A stretch of DNA of 64,000 bases from a virus. Lineage: Duplodnaviria > Caudoviricetes. The notes beneath the pieces were generated by a model, which saw nothing but the letters and a program-made list of their open reading frames with translations, was not told where the DNA came from and made no database searches. The position numbers and the translations under genes are program-made. Below, in pieces: positions 1 to 8,791 of this stretch (the stretch's first letter is position 1; each line of letters starts with the position of its first letter). The stretch covers positions 12,035-76,034 of the IMG/VR virus record IMGVR_UViG_3300032216_000524; one strand, given 5' to 3'.

Positions 1-104
1 GTAGGAAAGAAAGTGTTTGCATAGAATTGTTCGTAGAAGTCTAAAAATGCAACACTATCATTCCTAGCACCGAAATGCTGGTCTGTAATAATCGCTACTT
101 TCAA
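1..104 (-). CDS. gp47: Recombination endonuclease subunit (Mre11/SbcD-like), N-terminus only; runs off the window; not in the ORF track
   Basis: Manual translation from TTG at 104 gives MKVAIITDQHFGARNDSVAFLDFYEQFYANTFFP, with the metallophosphoesterase D-x-H-x-G motif typical of T4-like gp47. The start overlaps the upstream TGA (TTGA), and the position downstream of gp55 fits. Confidence 0.9.
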   Translation of the reverse strand, partial: MKVAIITDQHFGARNDSVAFLDFYEQFYANTFFP

Positions 105-1267
105 ATGAATCCAACCTTTCTTTCTTTAGGTTTATTTGTTTGCTGATTAAATACTTCAGCAATAGAGTAGGTGTCTTTGATTTCTGGTAGAGTTACTTTT
201 AATTTATCAGCCAATGTTTTCGCATCATTGAAAGAAAGATTGTCGAAGGTAACAATGTCAAAACATCTTCCTGGACGAGTCAATGCAGAATCAATATCAC
301 GAATACTTGGAAGATTGGTAGAGAAAATCATTTTCTTACCTTTGGTTGTAACCAAACCATCACCCACATTCAAGAAACGATGCATCATTGTGTTGCCATC
401 GCTACGAGGTTTCAAGAAAGCATCACTATCTTCAAGAATCATAATGTTGTCATCAGACTCGATAAAGCGAGCAAAGAAACCATCTTTATCAAGGATAGCT
501 GAATCATAGGAAACAATCGCTGAAGAGTTTGTGTGTGCTAGTAGCCCACGAATGAAAGTAGTCTTACCAGTTCCAGGTGGACCAATCAGCAAGAGAATGT
601 TTGCTGACGATTGCATGTAACGATCATAATAATCTTCAAGAGTTTCATTTTTCAAAAAAGGGTACATCTCATCGCAAGGTAAACGATCACGATTGAGCGG
701 AACATTTACAGATTGTCCATCACCACCATATACCCATTCGATATGAGAAGTAACAACATCAAAGGTTGTTTCAACAATCTCAACATTATCTTCACAAAAA
801 TCAACATCACCAAAAGCACGAATGTTAGTTGTGTTACTGTTCACATCAAACTTAATAAGATTGTTTGATCCTGATTCAATAATGAAACCAGCAGAAGGAG
901 AAGATTGAACGAACAGATATGTTGAAGATGGAAAAGCCAACTCTGCCCACTCTTGCCACTTTTCACGATTACATAGTACCGATGTTTCACGAAACAATGT
1001 AGATTGATTTGCGTCAGAGCGACGCTTCATAATTTCAGATGTGATTAAATCATCTATATCTGAAACACCAAGGAAAATTTTATTATCTTCTTTCATAACT
1101 TCTTTCAAATTAAACATGTTATCCCAAGCATCCCAAGTATGTTTTCTCAGGAACTTCTTAATCTTTTTTCTGCGTCTTCCTATAGGTGGAAATCTACGAT
1201 GTGACACAACAGTACTTTGCTTCAATTGTTTTAACCAATCATGAACTTCTCTATGAGATACAGACAT
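101..1267 (-). CDS. AAA+ family ATPase with an uncharacterised N-terminal region
   Basis: Walker A GPPGTGKT, Walker B MILEDSD, sensor/Arg-finger region STN...DSALTRPGRCFD, C-terminal RKVGF. The true start may be later than Met1. Confidence 0.85.
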   Translation of the reverse strand: MSVSHREVHDWLKQLKQSTVVSHRRFPPIGRRRKKIKKFLRKHTWDAWDNMFNLKEVMKEDNKIFLGVSDIDDLITSEIMKRRSDANQSTLFRETSVLCNREKWQEWAELAFPSSTYLFVQSSPSAGFIIESGSNNLIKFDVNSNTTNIRAFGDVDFCEDNVEIVETTFDVVTSHIEWVYGGDGQSVNVPLNRDRLPCDEMYPFLKNETLEDYYDRYMQSSANILLLIGPPGTGKTTFIRGLLAHTNSSAIVSYDSAILDKDGFFARFIESDDNIMILEDSDAFLKPRSDGNTMMHRFLNVGDGLVTTKGKKMIFSTNLPSIRDIDSALTRPGRCFDIVTFDNLSFNDAKTLADKLKVTLPEIKDTYSIAEVFNQQTNKPKERKVGFI

Positions 1268-1815
1268 TACTCACCTACAAAATCATCTAGGGTTTGTTGT
1301 TGTTTTTTCTTTTTCTTTTCTTTTTTACGCTCTATGAAATCATCAAAGTTATTGTTCTGTTGCATGTAGTCGATATAAGCATTTTGAAATTCACCAGTTT
1401 CATCTTGTTCCTGCAATTCAAACATTTCAAATGGCATGTCTTGAATCAATTTACCTTTGATGTATGTTTGTTTTTTTTCTTTGGCGATTCTACGCAGAAA
1501 TGCGTAATAGATAATTTGCGTGAAGTATGCAAATGGATTACTGGATCGTTCAGGATCAAAGTTATCAATATATTGAAGACAGTTTTCAACACCATCTAAA
1601 ATCATATCCTCACGGTAACTGTAATTAATAAAGTTGGCTTTGTAGGAAAGGTGTGTCCCAATTTTTAGTAGGCAGTCCCCAATGTAATGCGGTACTCTTG
1701 GCCAACCATTTTCTTTTTTTGATAACCCTGCTTCTTTTGCAGCGAGTACCAAAACTCGATACTCTTTCATTGCTGCCAAAAACTCAGCGTTGTTTATATA
1801 GTGTGCACCTGCCAT
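1267..1815 (-). CDS. gp55: Sigma factor for late transcription
   Basis: HYINNAEF, YIGDCLLKI, NFINYSYREDMILDGVENCLQY..NFDPERSSNPFAYFTQIIYYAFLRRI motifs characteristic of T4-like gp55. Confidence 0.96.
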   Translation of the reverse strand: MAGAHYINNAEFLAAMKEYRVLVLAAKEAGLSKKENGWPRVPHYIGDCLLKIGTHLSYKANFINYSYREDMILDGVENCLQYIDNFDPERSSNPFAYFTQIIYYAFLRRIAKEKKQTYIKGKLIQDMPFEMFELQEQDETGEFQNAYIDYMQQNNNFDDFIERKKEKKKKKQQQTLDDFVGE

Positions 1816-1843
1816 AAAATACCTTTATCAATTAACTTCACTA

Positions 1844-1872
1844 AGTATACTTCACTAATCAGTATCCGACAA
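1844..1872 (-). promoter_or_regulatory. Sigma70-type promoter upstream of gp55
   Basis: Minus strand TTGTCG-N17-TATACT, with an A-rich UP-like tract (AAGAAAATAAAG) upstream; the -10 box ends 28 nt before the gp55 ATG. Confidence 0.7.
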
Positions 1873-1943
1873 CTTTATTTTCTTGGAAGATTTAGTTGTC
1901 TGCAATTTGCCGAAAGCGTATACTCTCGATGTAGGGTTTGTAG

Positions 1944-2417
1944 TTAATGTATAGTTTCATTACCTTCAATAAAGACTTTGTCTTCTTTTCTCTCTTCTTC
2001 CTCTTCCCCTGCAATAGCCCTTAGATGATCTAAGACTTTATGAATGTCTTCCATACTGGAAACATCTGCAGCTTCTGGTGGAGGTTCATCGTCCCATTGT
2101 AACTGCGTTGGAGTATAGTTTAAAAGAACTCCTTCGTGATCACGAACTAAATGAATGTAGTGAGCAATGGCTCTTTGTGCTAGTTGCGAATCAAAAACTA
2201 CATGCTGTTTGTTTACATGCAGTATTGAATCTTCTGTAAATAAAGTATATGGTCCAGCTGTAACTTGTTCGGAAATACGACCATTGTGTGATCCAACAAG
2301 ATGCGTTTTGACAAGCATTGGAAATTTTAATGTTATAAAGTTGGTGTCTTCAGATTCTTTAAGTGCCATCAATTGTTCACCAGTAACCAATTTAACATAT
2401 ACGAATTGTTCGTTCAT
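1944..2417 (-). CDS. Conserved T4-like protein downstream of uvsW, probable Sm-like beta fold
   Basis: N-terminal YVKLVTGEQLMA...ITLKFPMLVK pattern and position after uvsW match the Sm-like protein of aquatic T4-like phages; acidic tail. Confidence 0.6.
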   Translation of the reverse strand: MNEQFVYVKLVTGEQLMALKESEDTNFITLKFPMLVKTHLVGSHNGRISEQVTAGPYTLFTEDSILHVNKQHVVFDSQLAQRAIAHYIHLVRDHEGVLLNYTPTQLQWDDEPPPEAADVSSMEDIHKVLDHLRAIAGEEEEERKEDKVFIEGNETIH

Positions 2418-3895
2418 AATTTTACCTCAACAATCTTGTAGTTAAATTTCTCTTCTGAGTAGGTTTTTAATCGTTCAGCAAAATGATGTAGCGTATGATT
2501 CTTCCAAGATTTCCAACTCAGGTCGTCTGCTAAGTCATATAGATTGCATTCAGTTTTACCATTCTTCAATCTCAATCCACGACCAATACTTTGCAGGTTA
2601 CGAATCTTGGATTTACTTGGCGATGCAAAAACGACATTCTCGAGAGACGGTATGTTGATACCAGTGGAGAATGTACCAAAACTAGCAACAATAATAGCAT
2701 CGCTTTCAGTTTCTGTAATTTTTCTAATTGCTTCTCGATCTTCAACTTCGGTTGCTCCAGAAACAAAGAACACCTTGCGTTTGTCGTGTGCTCTTTCACC
2801 AATCATTTTGTATAAACCTTTACCATGTTTATTTACAAACTGGAAAAGAACTAAGGTATTGCCTTCAGACTTCAAAGCAAGATTACAAATAAAGTTGTTT
2901 CGTTTTTCGTGCGAAACAATAAAGTCCATCTCGTCAGCGTATTGATTATTCTTTCGACCCTGACGAGTTATGTCGTCATACTTTAATAGTATGCATGTTA
3001 TATTTAGTTTAGCCAGCGTTCCTGAGTCCATCAATTGTTTGGTTGTAGTAACCCTATGCGTTGGACCAAAGATTCCCTCAAGAACTAACTTATGAATTTT
3101 CTTGTTATCAAGAGTTCCTGTAGTTCCGATACGATACTTAACATTGGATAGTTTACCCATGACAAGCGTAAGAGAGTTGGCTTTGAACTGATGGGCTTCA
3201 TCTCCAAAGATAACATCAAACTGCGAGAACCACTGTTTGGGTTGTTTGTATACAGACTGCCATGTAGTAATTAAAACATCGGCAGAGATATCTTTAGTAA
3301 AACCGCTGTATAGTTTTTGAACATGTCTATTTACTTTCCAACCATTGCCAGAAGAATAATCTTCGAAGTCTGTATAGAGTTGTTCAACAAGAGATGTCGT
3401 TGGTACAATAATGATACACTTACGATTCTGTTCAAGATGCCAGCGCATTGTTGTATAAATGATAAACGATTTACCTGATGCCGTTGGAGAAAGAAGAAGA
3501 ACACGATTTTTATTCAATGCCTGCGTTACAGCTTCGACTTGATAATCTCTAATTTCGATTGGTTTACCATGACCCATAGGATTGAGCCACTTGGCATATT
3601 CTTCTACCTGTTCAGTAGTAATATTGCTTGGGGGATTTATTGGAGTTGCAGTTTTGACATCATAGCCACGAGTTTCTGCAAAGTCGTAAACATACTGTAG
3701 CAAACCAACATAAAGAGTTTTACGAATGATGTCATACATTCGAACCTTACCATCCCAAAGTCTTGCCCTATATTGAGGGGTAAACCTTGCTCCTGGATAT
3801 TCAAAGGTAAAAAAATCAGATAGTTCTTGTTCTACGGAAAGATCTGTAGAAAAGATTCTGAGATGTACTTCATCAATTTGTTCAATTGTAATCAT
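2414..3895 (-). CDS. uvsW: SF2 DNA/RNA helicase UvsW
   Basis: RDYQ Q-motif, SPTASGKS (Walker A), GDEAH (Walker B), GTTGT, STGINI, QSIGRGLR; N-terminal YRARLWDGK. Confidence 0.96.
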   Translation of the reverse strand: MITIEQIDEVHLRIFSTDLSVEQELSDFFTFEYPGARFTPQYRARLWDGKVRMYDIIRKTLYVGLLQYVYDFAETRGYDVKTATPINPPSNITTEQVEEYAKWLNPMGHGKPIEIRDYQVEAVTQALNKNRVLLLSPTASGKSFIIYTTMRWHLEQNRKCIIIVPTTSLVEQLYTDFEDYSSGNGWKVNRHVQKLYSGFTKDISADVLITTWQSVYKQPKQWFSQFDVIFGDEAHQFKANSLTLVMGKLSNVKYRIGTTGTLDNKKIHKLVLEGIFGPTHRVTTTKQLMDSGTLAKLNITCILLKYDDITRQGRKNNQYADEMDFIVSHEKRNNFICNLALKSEGNTLVLFQFVNKHGKGLYKMIGERAHDKRKVFFVSGATEVEDREAIRKITETESDAIIVASFGTFSTGINIPSLENVVFASPSKSKIRNLQSIGRGLRLKNGKTECNLYDLADDLSWKSWKNHTLHHFAERLKTYSEEKFNYKIVEVKL

Positions 3896-4329
3896 GCGCC
3901 ACTAATAAACTTTTTCCATTCAATGGAATTGCGTATCTGCCAATCCCTTGCTTTGATTTGATTCATAATAGATTCAAGGAACTCTACAATGTTTTGAATG
4001 TAGTTTGCTCTAATCTCTTGTTTATTTAGGGCATTGTCGCCAGACAGAAATTCATCCATCTCATTTTTGAGTGGTTTGATTCCTTGCCATTGTTCCCAAC
4101 CTAGTTCGGTTAGTTCATCACGAGTTAGTTCGCCACGATAGTAACGAAACTTTTGCTGACGCAAAGTGTTGTAATCCGCTTTCATCTTAGCAAGTTGTAG
4201 CTTGTATCGGATGAGATGGTTTAAATATTTAGAATGGAGTTTTGCCGTGTTCACAGATTCTTGATCAAGATGGTTATCATCAATGATACAATCTTCACCC
4301 CACATAGTTTGCAATTCTTCTAAAGTCAT
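3892..4329 (-). CDS. uvsY: Recombination mediator UvsY
   Basis: W.ED..ID...L..ES....KLHSKYL and KFRYYRGE patterns, C-terminal IKARDWQIRNSIEWKKF; ATGA overlap with uvsW. Confidence 0.92.
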   Translation of the reverse strand: MTLEELQTMWGEDCIIDDNHLDQESVNTAKLHSKYLNHLIRYKLQLAKMKADYNTLRQQKFRYYRGELTRDELTELGWEQWQGIKPLKNEMDEFLSGDNALNKQEIRANYIQNIVEFLESIMNQIKARDWQIRNSIEWKKFISGA

Positions 4330-4353
4330 AATATCTCCAGTTGTATACCATTA

Positions 4354-4382
4354 AGTATACCTCAAATCATAATTAAACGCAA
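4354..4382 (-). promoter_or_regulatory. Sigma70-type promoter upstream of uvsY-uvsW
   Basis: Minus strand TTGCGT-N17-TATACT (same -10 as the gp55 promoter), followed by a GGAG RBS and the uvsY ATG. Confidence 0.7.
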
Positions 4383-4386
4383 CTAA

Positions 4387-4926
4387 TTATGCAGCGAATG
4401 TGTAGTACGAGAAACGGAAAGTTGCAGATCCAATAAGATAGTTTACATCTTGATTATTGGATTGGAAAGTTACAGTCTCTAACGCCACTGGGAATAGGTC
4501 GTTGAACTGTATAGTTTTTACTGGGGTATTTGTATTATTTAAAATTTGCAAAGTTGCAGTTGAATAACTTTTTGCAAGTTCAGAAAGAACACCAATTTGG
4601 TTTGAACTAATAAAATCTACATACTGTGTATAGTTCTCAGGGAAACCCAACGCAACCAACCAGTTGTAGATTGCAATATAATTTTCCATATTCTCATCAA
4701 TCATAAACTTTACCAGAAAAGTATCATATGTTAAATGATCACCTGGAAGTGGAATTGATCTAAATGGAGTAGCCAAAATAGGATCGCCAAGTGTCAGTCC
4801 TGGAATGCTTGCTTCCTGACAGAAGTATGTCAACTCAGGCAATTTGTCAATAGCAAATCTAAACCCATTCGGTGAGAGTGGATTAATGTTTGATGGTACT
4901 GGGCAGGTAAGGATATTTGTGCTCAT
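4387..4926 (-). CDS. gp3: Tail tube terminator / tail completion protein (tube-protein fold)
   Basis: NPLSPNGFRFAI..LPELTYFCQEASIPGLTLG...GDHLTYD...VKFMIDENMENY pattern; position between gp23 and uvsY. Confidence 0.8.
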   Translation of the reverse strand: MSTNILTCPVPSNINPLSPNGFRFAIDKLPELTYFCQEASIPGLTLGDPILATPFRSIPLPGDHLTYDTFLVKFMIDENMENYIAIYNWLVALGFPENYTQYVDFISSNQIGVLSELAKSYSTATLQILNNTNTPVKTIQFNDLFPVALETVTFQSNNQDVNYLIGSATFRFSYYTFAA

Positions 4927-4928
4927 AG

Positions 4929-5159
4929 TTATTTGTTACATCCGCATCCACTAGGGCAATGTTTAATTTCAAAATATTCAACCCAAACTCTTGAATGGGC
5001 GAACGACATCAAAAACCACATAAGGGTCATTTCATTTGTGTACGAACCACATATGACATTATTATTAAAAATACTAAAAACACCAAGTGCAAAAAACACT
5101 GGAGTCGGAAACAATAACAAACATTGTTTGATGTAGTGATATGTTAGTAATCTAGACAT
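4929..5159 (-). CDS. Small putative membrane protein (about 76 aa, start taken at MSRLL)
   Basis: Fills the gap between the gp23 terminator and gp3. Two hydrophobic stretches (LLLFPTPVFFALGVFSIF; MTLMWFLMSFAH) and a C-terminal CPSGCGC. The longer ORF-track start at 5213 runs through the terminator and is unlikely. Confidence 0.55.
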   Translation of the reverse strand: MSRLLTYHYIKQCLLLFPTPVFFALGVFSIFNNNVICGSYTNEMTLMWFLMSFAHSRVWVEYFEIKHCPSGCGCNK

Positions 5160-5164
5160 AATAT

Positions 5165-5171
5165 TATTTAG
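5165..5171 (-). promoter_or_regulatory. T4-type late promoter (CTAAATA)
   Basis: CTAAATA directly after the gp23 terminator and 5 nt before an ATG; the motif recurs in intergenic gaps across the window. Confidence 0.55.
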
Positions 5172-5175
5172 GAAT

Positions 5176-5204
5176 AAAAAAAGGGAGATCTCGAAAGACC
5201 TCCC
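5176..5204 (-). terminator. Rho-independent terminator after gp23
   Basis: Minus strand GGGAGGTCT-TTCG-AGATCTCCC (9-bp stem with one G.U, UUCG loop) followed by T7. Confidence 0.9.
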
Positions 5205-5258
5205 TTTAAACACCGCTTCTTATTGTCGGCTTAATTCATAACCAAGCCGAAACTCGAA

Positions 5259-6566
5259 TTACATCAAGTTAGTTACTGCTACACGACGGTAGTAGTAGTT
5301 CACATTAGCTGTCAATGCACCATTGCTGTCGCTGTTATCCAACTGAACGAATGGGTTAGCGACCATGCCGTAGCGAGTCTTGAAACCAATCTTAGGTTGG
5401 AAAGTAGATGGATCAACTGCACGAACCAATTGTAATGGAACATATGGGCAGTAGAACAAACCAGCGTCAAATGCAGAAGTACCTTTGTAGCCAACAGTAA
5501 AGAACTGGCTAGCAGATTGGTTAGCAGCAAATGGGTCAACATAAACTTTGTAACGACCATTCAATACACCAGCAAAAGTAGTGCTTGCTTCGTCAACATT
5601 CAATGAAGTTGAAAGAGCTGGAGCGTAGTCCAAAACACCAGCCATAGCAAGAGCAGAAGCAACATCTGAAGAACAGATGATGAAGTTACCTTTACCACGA
5701 CGAGTTTGTTGAGCAATAGCGTTAGCATCACGCTCGATTTGGAACAATAGACCTTTGAACTTTTCAACAGACCAACGACCATTTGAGTCAGTGTCTAAGT
5801 CGAAAGTACCAGCAGTAGTAGTACCAACTTGAGCACCTGGCTTAGCAGTTACATAGATAGTACGGAGAACTTCACGGTTGATTTCAGCCAAAATTTCTGT
5901 AGACAGAATGTTTGACAATTCGCCTTCAGCGTCAAGACCATGAACTGATTTCAAGTCTTGTGCCAATTCAACAGTGTATTCTGCTTTCAAAGCACGAGTC
6001 TTTGCAGTAACAGAAGTCTTCTCGATTGAGAAAGCCATTTCGTTGAAAGTAGAACCAGAACCTAAGTGCTCAGCAGCAGAAGTAGCTAAACCACGACCGA
6101 TGTCATAAGAGCCAGAAACTGGGTTGTGACCAGCTGGGCTAGATTGATCGCCAGCGAAACCAGTATCAGCTTCGTTGAACAATGCTTCTGTACCATCCTG
6201 AGTAGAGTAGCGTGACTTCATTGCGAAGATCAAACCAGTAGGTTGAGTCATTGGCTGTACACCGCAAACATCATAAGCGATCATTTGTGGAGCAGCACGA
6301 CGAACCAAACTAATCAACACTGGATCGTAACCAGAAACAGTACCAGTAGCATCACCAGAACCACCTAAGGCGATACCAGATCCACCAGCGTTAGCTGCTG
6401 TAGTTTCGAACAATGCTTCTTGTTGCTTGCGACCTTCACGCTCTTGGTTTTCCAAGAGAACGGCAGTCACTTCTTTACGATAATGATCCTTAATTGGAGC
6501 AACTGAATCGTGCTCAAGGATCGGAGCCCACTTCTTAAGAAGGGCTTGGCGGTCTAAATTAGACAT
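5259..6566 (-). CDS. gp23: Major capsid protein
   Basis: KWAPILEH, TAVLLENQE, YDPVLISLVRRAAPQMIAYDVCGVQPMTQPTGLIFAM, RALKAEYTVELAQDLKSVHGLDAE, FQPKIGFKTRYG motifs. Confidence 0.98.
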   Translation of the reverse strand: MSNLDRQALLKKWAPILEHDSVAPIKDHYRKEVTAVLLENQEREGRKQQEALFETTAANAGGSGIALGGSGDATGTVSGYDPVLISLVRRAAPQMIAYDVCGVQPMTQPTGLIFAMKSRYSTQDGTEALFNEADTGFAGDQSSPAGHNPVSGSYDIGRGLATSAAEHLGSGSTFNEMAFSIEKTSVTAKTRALKAEYTVELAQDLKSVHGLDAEGELSNILSTEILAEINREVLRTIYVTAKPGAQVGTTTAGTFDLDTDSNGRWSVEKFKGLLFQIERDANAIAQQTRRGKGNFIICSSDVASALAMAGVLDYAPALSTSLNVDEASTTFAGVLNGRYKVYVDPFAANQSASQFFTVGYKGTSAFDAGLFYCPYVPLQLVRAVDPSTFQPKIGFKTRYGMVANPFVQLDNSDSNGALTANVNYYYRRVAVTNLM

Positions 6567-6582
6567 GTTTTATTTCCTTTTA

Positions 6583-7617
6583 TTATTTGAGGTTATTGAG
6601 TGCAGATACATACTTCGCTACGGAAGGATCAATCTTTGCAGTCTCAGTTAGAGTTTCAATTGGTGTATCGCTAACTACTGATTTAACTTCAGAGATAACT
6701 TTCTTTCCACCAAAATAATTTTCACGAATAGTCTGTAGTTTTACAGCAAATGTATCTAGATCTTCATAAGATAATTCTTCTGCTAAAGAAGTAAACTTTT
6801 CTACTTCAGTATCAGTCAAACCATCAGAAGCTGTAGCGATAGCGTTAACACGCTTTTGTTCGTTTACAGTTTTAGATAATGTTACATTTGTTTCTACTTG
6901 TTCATTGAGTTTTGCTTCCAATGCAGTAATCTGTTCTTGCATGTCGCCCAATACATCGAATTTCTCTTCAGGAACATCGATATAGTGTTCAGCAAACAAA
7001 CCTTTCATACCTTCAATAAAGTTCTCCATGATTTCAGACTTCATACCAGACTCAAGGGCTAACTCATTCTCTTGCACCCACTGCTCGACAATATAGCCGA
7101 GATATCCATCAACTTTTTCAACAAGACCCTCTTTGATACTTTCTACTTCTTCTGCTAATTTCTCAGCGTAAGATTCTTCTAAACGAGCAGTTTCTTCAGT
7201 AATGCGTAACATTACGGCTGCTTCGAAAATTGTTTCTGCTTTAGCACGGAAATCTTCTGAAAGTTCTTCTCCGTTCATAAGCGCATCAATATCTTCTTTC
7301 ATACCGCTAAGGTGACTTGCTTCAGGAGCAGTTGCTTTAGCGTTAGCAGGATTTGATGCTTTAGCTGTAGCGTTAGCTGCAGCGTCTTGGCTCTTGACAT
7401 TGTTACGAGCATTGTTTGGCTCATCGCCAGCAATAGTAGTAACACCATCAGTAGATACTTTAGCAATGTTGCTTGCTTCGCCAGCAGCAGCATTAGCAGT
7501 AACCTTGTCGCTAGGACCAGATTGTGTACCCATTTCTTTAACTTCTTCATTAACTACGCCATTGGCTTTCGCTTTTGACTCAGCTAACATCTCTTTAATT
7601 TTTTGTTCGATTGACAT
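6583..7617 (-). CDS. gp22: Prohead core scaffold protein
   Basis: LSEDFRAKAETIFEAAV, KVDGYLGYIVEQW..EN..ALESGMKSEIMENFIEGMKGLFAEHYIDVPEEK; acidic coiled coil; upstream of gp23. Confidence 0.93.
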   Translation of the reverse strand: MSIEQKIKEMLAESKAKANGVVNEEVKEMGTQSGPSDKVTANAAAGEASNIAKVSTDGVTTIAGDEPNNARNNVKSQDAAANATAKASNPANAKATAPEASHLSGMKEDIDALMNGEELSEDFRAKAETIFEAAVMLRITEETARLEESYAEKLAEEVESIKEGLVEKVDGYLGYIVEQWVQENELALESGMKSEIMENFIEGMKGLFAEHYIDVPEEKFDVLGDMQEQITALEAKLNEQVETNVTLSKTVNEQKRVNAIATASDGLTDTEVEKFTSLAEELSYEDLDTFAVKLQTIRENYFGGKKVISEVKSVVSDTPIETLTETAKIDPSVAKYVSALNNLK

Positions 7618-7651
7618 CGTTATCTCCTAAACTGGATAAGTTCTATGTTAT

Positions 7652-7665
7652 TATTTATTATTTAT
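7652..7665 (-). promoter_or_regulatory. Tandem late promoter motifs (ATAAATA x2) upstream of gp22-gp23
   Basis: Minus strand ATAAATAATAAATA at the gp21/gp22 boundary. Confidence 0.65.
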
Positions 7666-8315
7666 CTGATTTTACTCAGGAATGTTTGGAAAGCACGAAT
7701 CTTTGCTTCCTCTAACTGCTTAGAAGAAGCCTTTCTAATAAAAGACTTTGCTTCCTCGATATTCTTTTCCACAAACTTTCCATCAACGAATGCCCATTCT
7801 CTGTTTTCCATAATGCCTCTTACGAATGCATCTGGAGCAGATGGGTCGGCAACAATATCTGCTGCCGTAGACAACATAAAGTCATCTTGAACAATTTGAA
7901 CACCCTCATTGTTAGTTTTGAGTGACCCCATTGCCCTACTAGACACGCCAAGATTTGCGCCACCATCGAGTAGACCACGAGCGATCATTCCCATCGGAGT
8001 TTCTAAAATCTTTGCTTTACCTACATAGTTTTTGCCTTCTTTACGAAGATCAACGATCAAATGAGACACACGATCCAAATTAATGGAAGGAGACTCTGGA
8101 TGACCGAGTTCGCCATAGGCACGATTCATTTGCACATATTCTTTTAAGTAACGACCAACTTCTTTGTCCATTACATGTTCTTGATACATGCGATTATTGC
8201 GGTTTACCAATTCAGATTGAAGGAAGATGCCTTCAATAAAATAATTCTTCTTGCCACCGACTTTTTCTTCGATGACACAATTAGTTTGTTCTACAACTTC
8301 TTTAATTAGTTTCAT
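7662..8315 (-). CDS. gp21: Prohead protease
   Basis: FIEGIFLQSELVNRNNRMY, AYGELGHP, INLDRVSH, LGVSSRAMGSL, DIVADPSAPDAFV. Confidence 0.96.
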   Translation of the reverse strand: MKLIKEVVEQTNCVIEEKVGGKKNYFIEGIFLQSELVNRNNRMYQEHVMDKEVGRYLKEYVQMNRAYGELGHPESPSINLDRVSHLIVDLRKEGKNYVGKAKILETPMGMIARGLLDGGANLGVSSRAMGSLKTNNEGVQIVQDDFMLSTAADIVADPSAPDAFVRGIMENREWAFVDGKFVEKNIEEAKSFIRKASSKQLEEAKIRAFQTFLSKIR

Positions 8316-8324
8316 GGCGTATCC

Positions 8325-8789
8325 TTATGCTTTATCTGGTGAACCGCTAGCAGTAGTAGAAGCACCAACACGAGTTACATCATCGTATGCACCATAAGTA
8401 GCAGGTTCAACTTTAGTATCCCAACCTTGGATTTTACGAAGAGTGATATATCCTGATACTGGCTTGCTTGATACTGATTGAGCAATAAGAATATCTTGAT
8501 CGTTATTTGTGCCATCAGTAATACCATATTGAGTCAGATCTAATATTGGAGCATTTTCTGGAGCACAAGCGATAATGTTTTTACCATTGCGAGAAACAAT
8601 TACAGCAGAACCATCAACACCAGTAGAAATAAAACGAACGATATTTACTTTTGGATCATCGCTGTTTCTTGTTTGAGTACCTGCTCCTAAATCAGCAATA
8701 GTGATTGTAGCACTTTCGTTAGTAACAGTTTCGAAATGAATAATCGTTTCCTGATTAGTATTTCTTACAGTTGTAAAATTCATTGCCAT
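8325..8789 (-). CDS. Hypothetical protein in head-gene cluster (beta-rich)
   Basis: 154-aa ORF tightly packed between prohead-core genes and gp21; no motif recognised. Confidence 0.7.
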   Translation of the reverse strand: MAMNFTTVRNTNQETIIHFETVTNESATITIADLGAGTQTRNSDDPKVNIVRFISTGVDGSAVIVSRNGKNIIACAPENAPILDLTQYGITDGTNNDQDILIAQSVSSKPVSGYITLRKIQGWDTKVEPATYGAYDDVTRVGASTTASGSPDKA

Positions 8790-8791
8790 CT

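Noticed and set aside
1944-2417. Metabolic ('methylamine utilisation') function sometimes attached to this uvsW-adjacent family
   Set aside because: No catalytic motif supports it; only an Sm-like fold pattern is visible.
4933-5136. Plus-strand 67-aa ORF
   Set aside because: Opposite to the uniform gene orientation and overlapped by a better-placed minus-strand ORF with a promoter.
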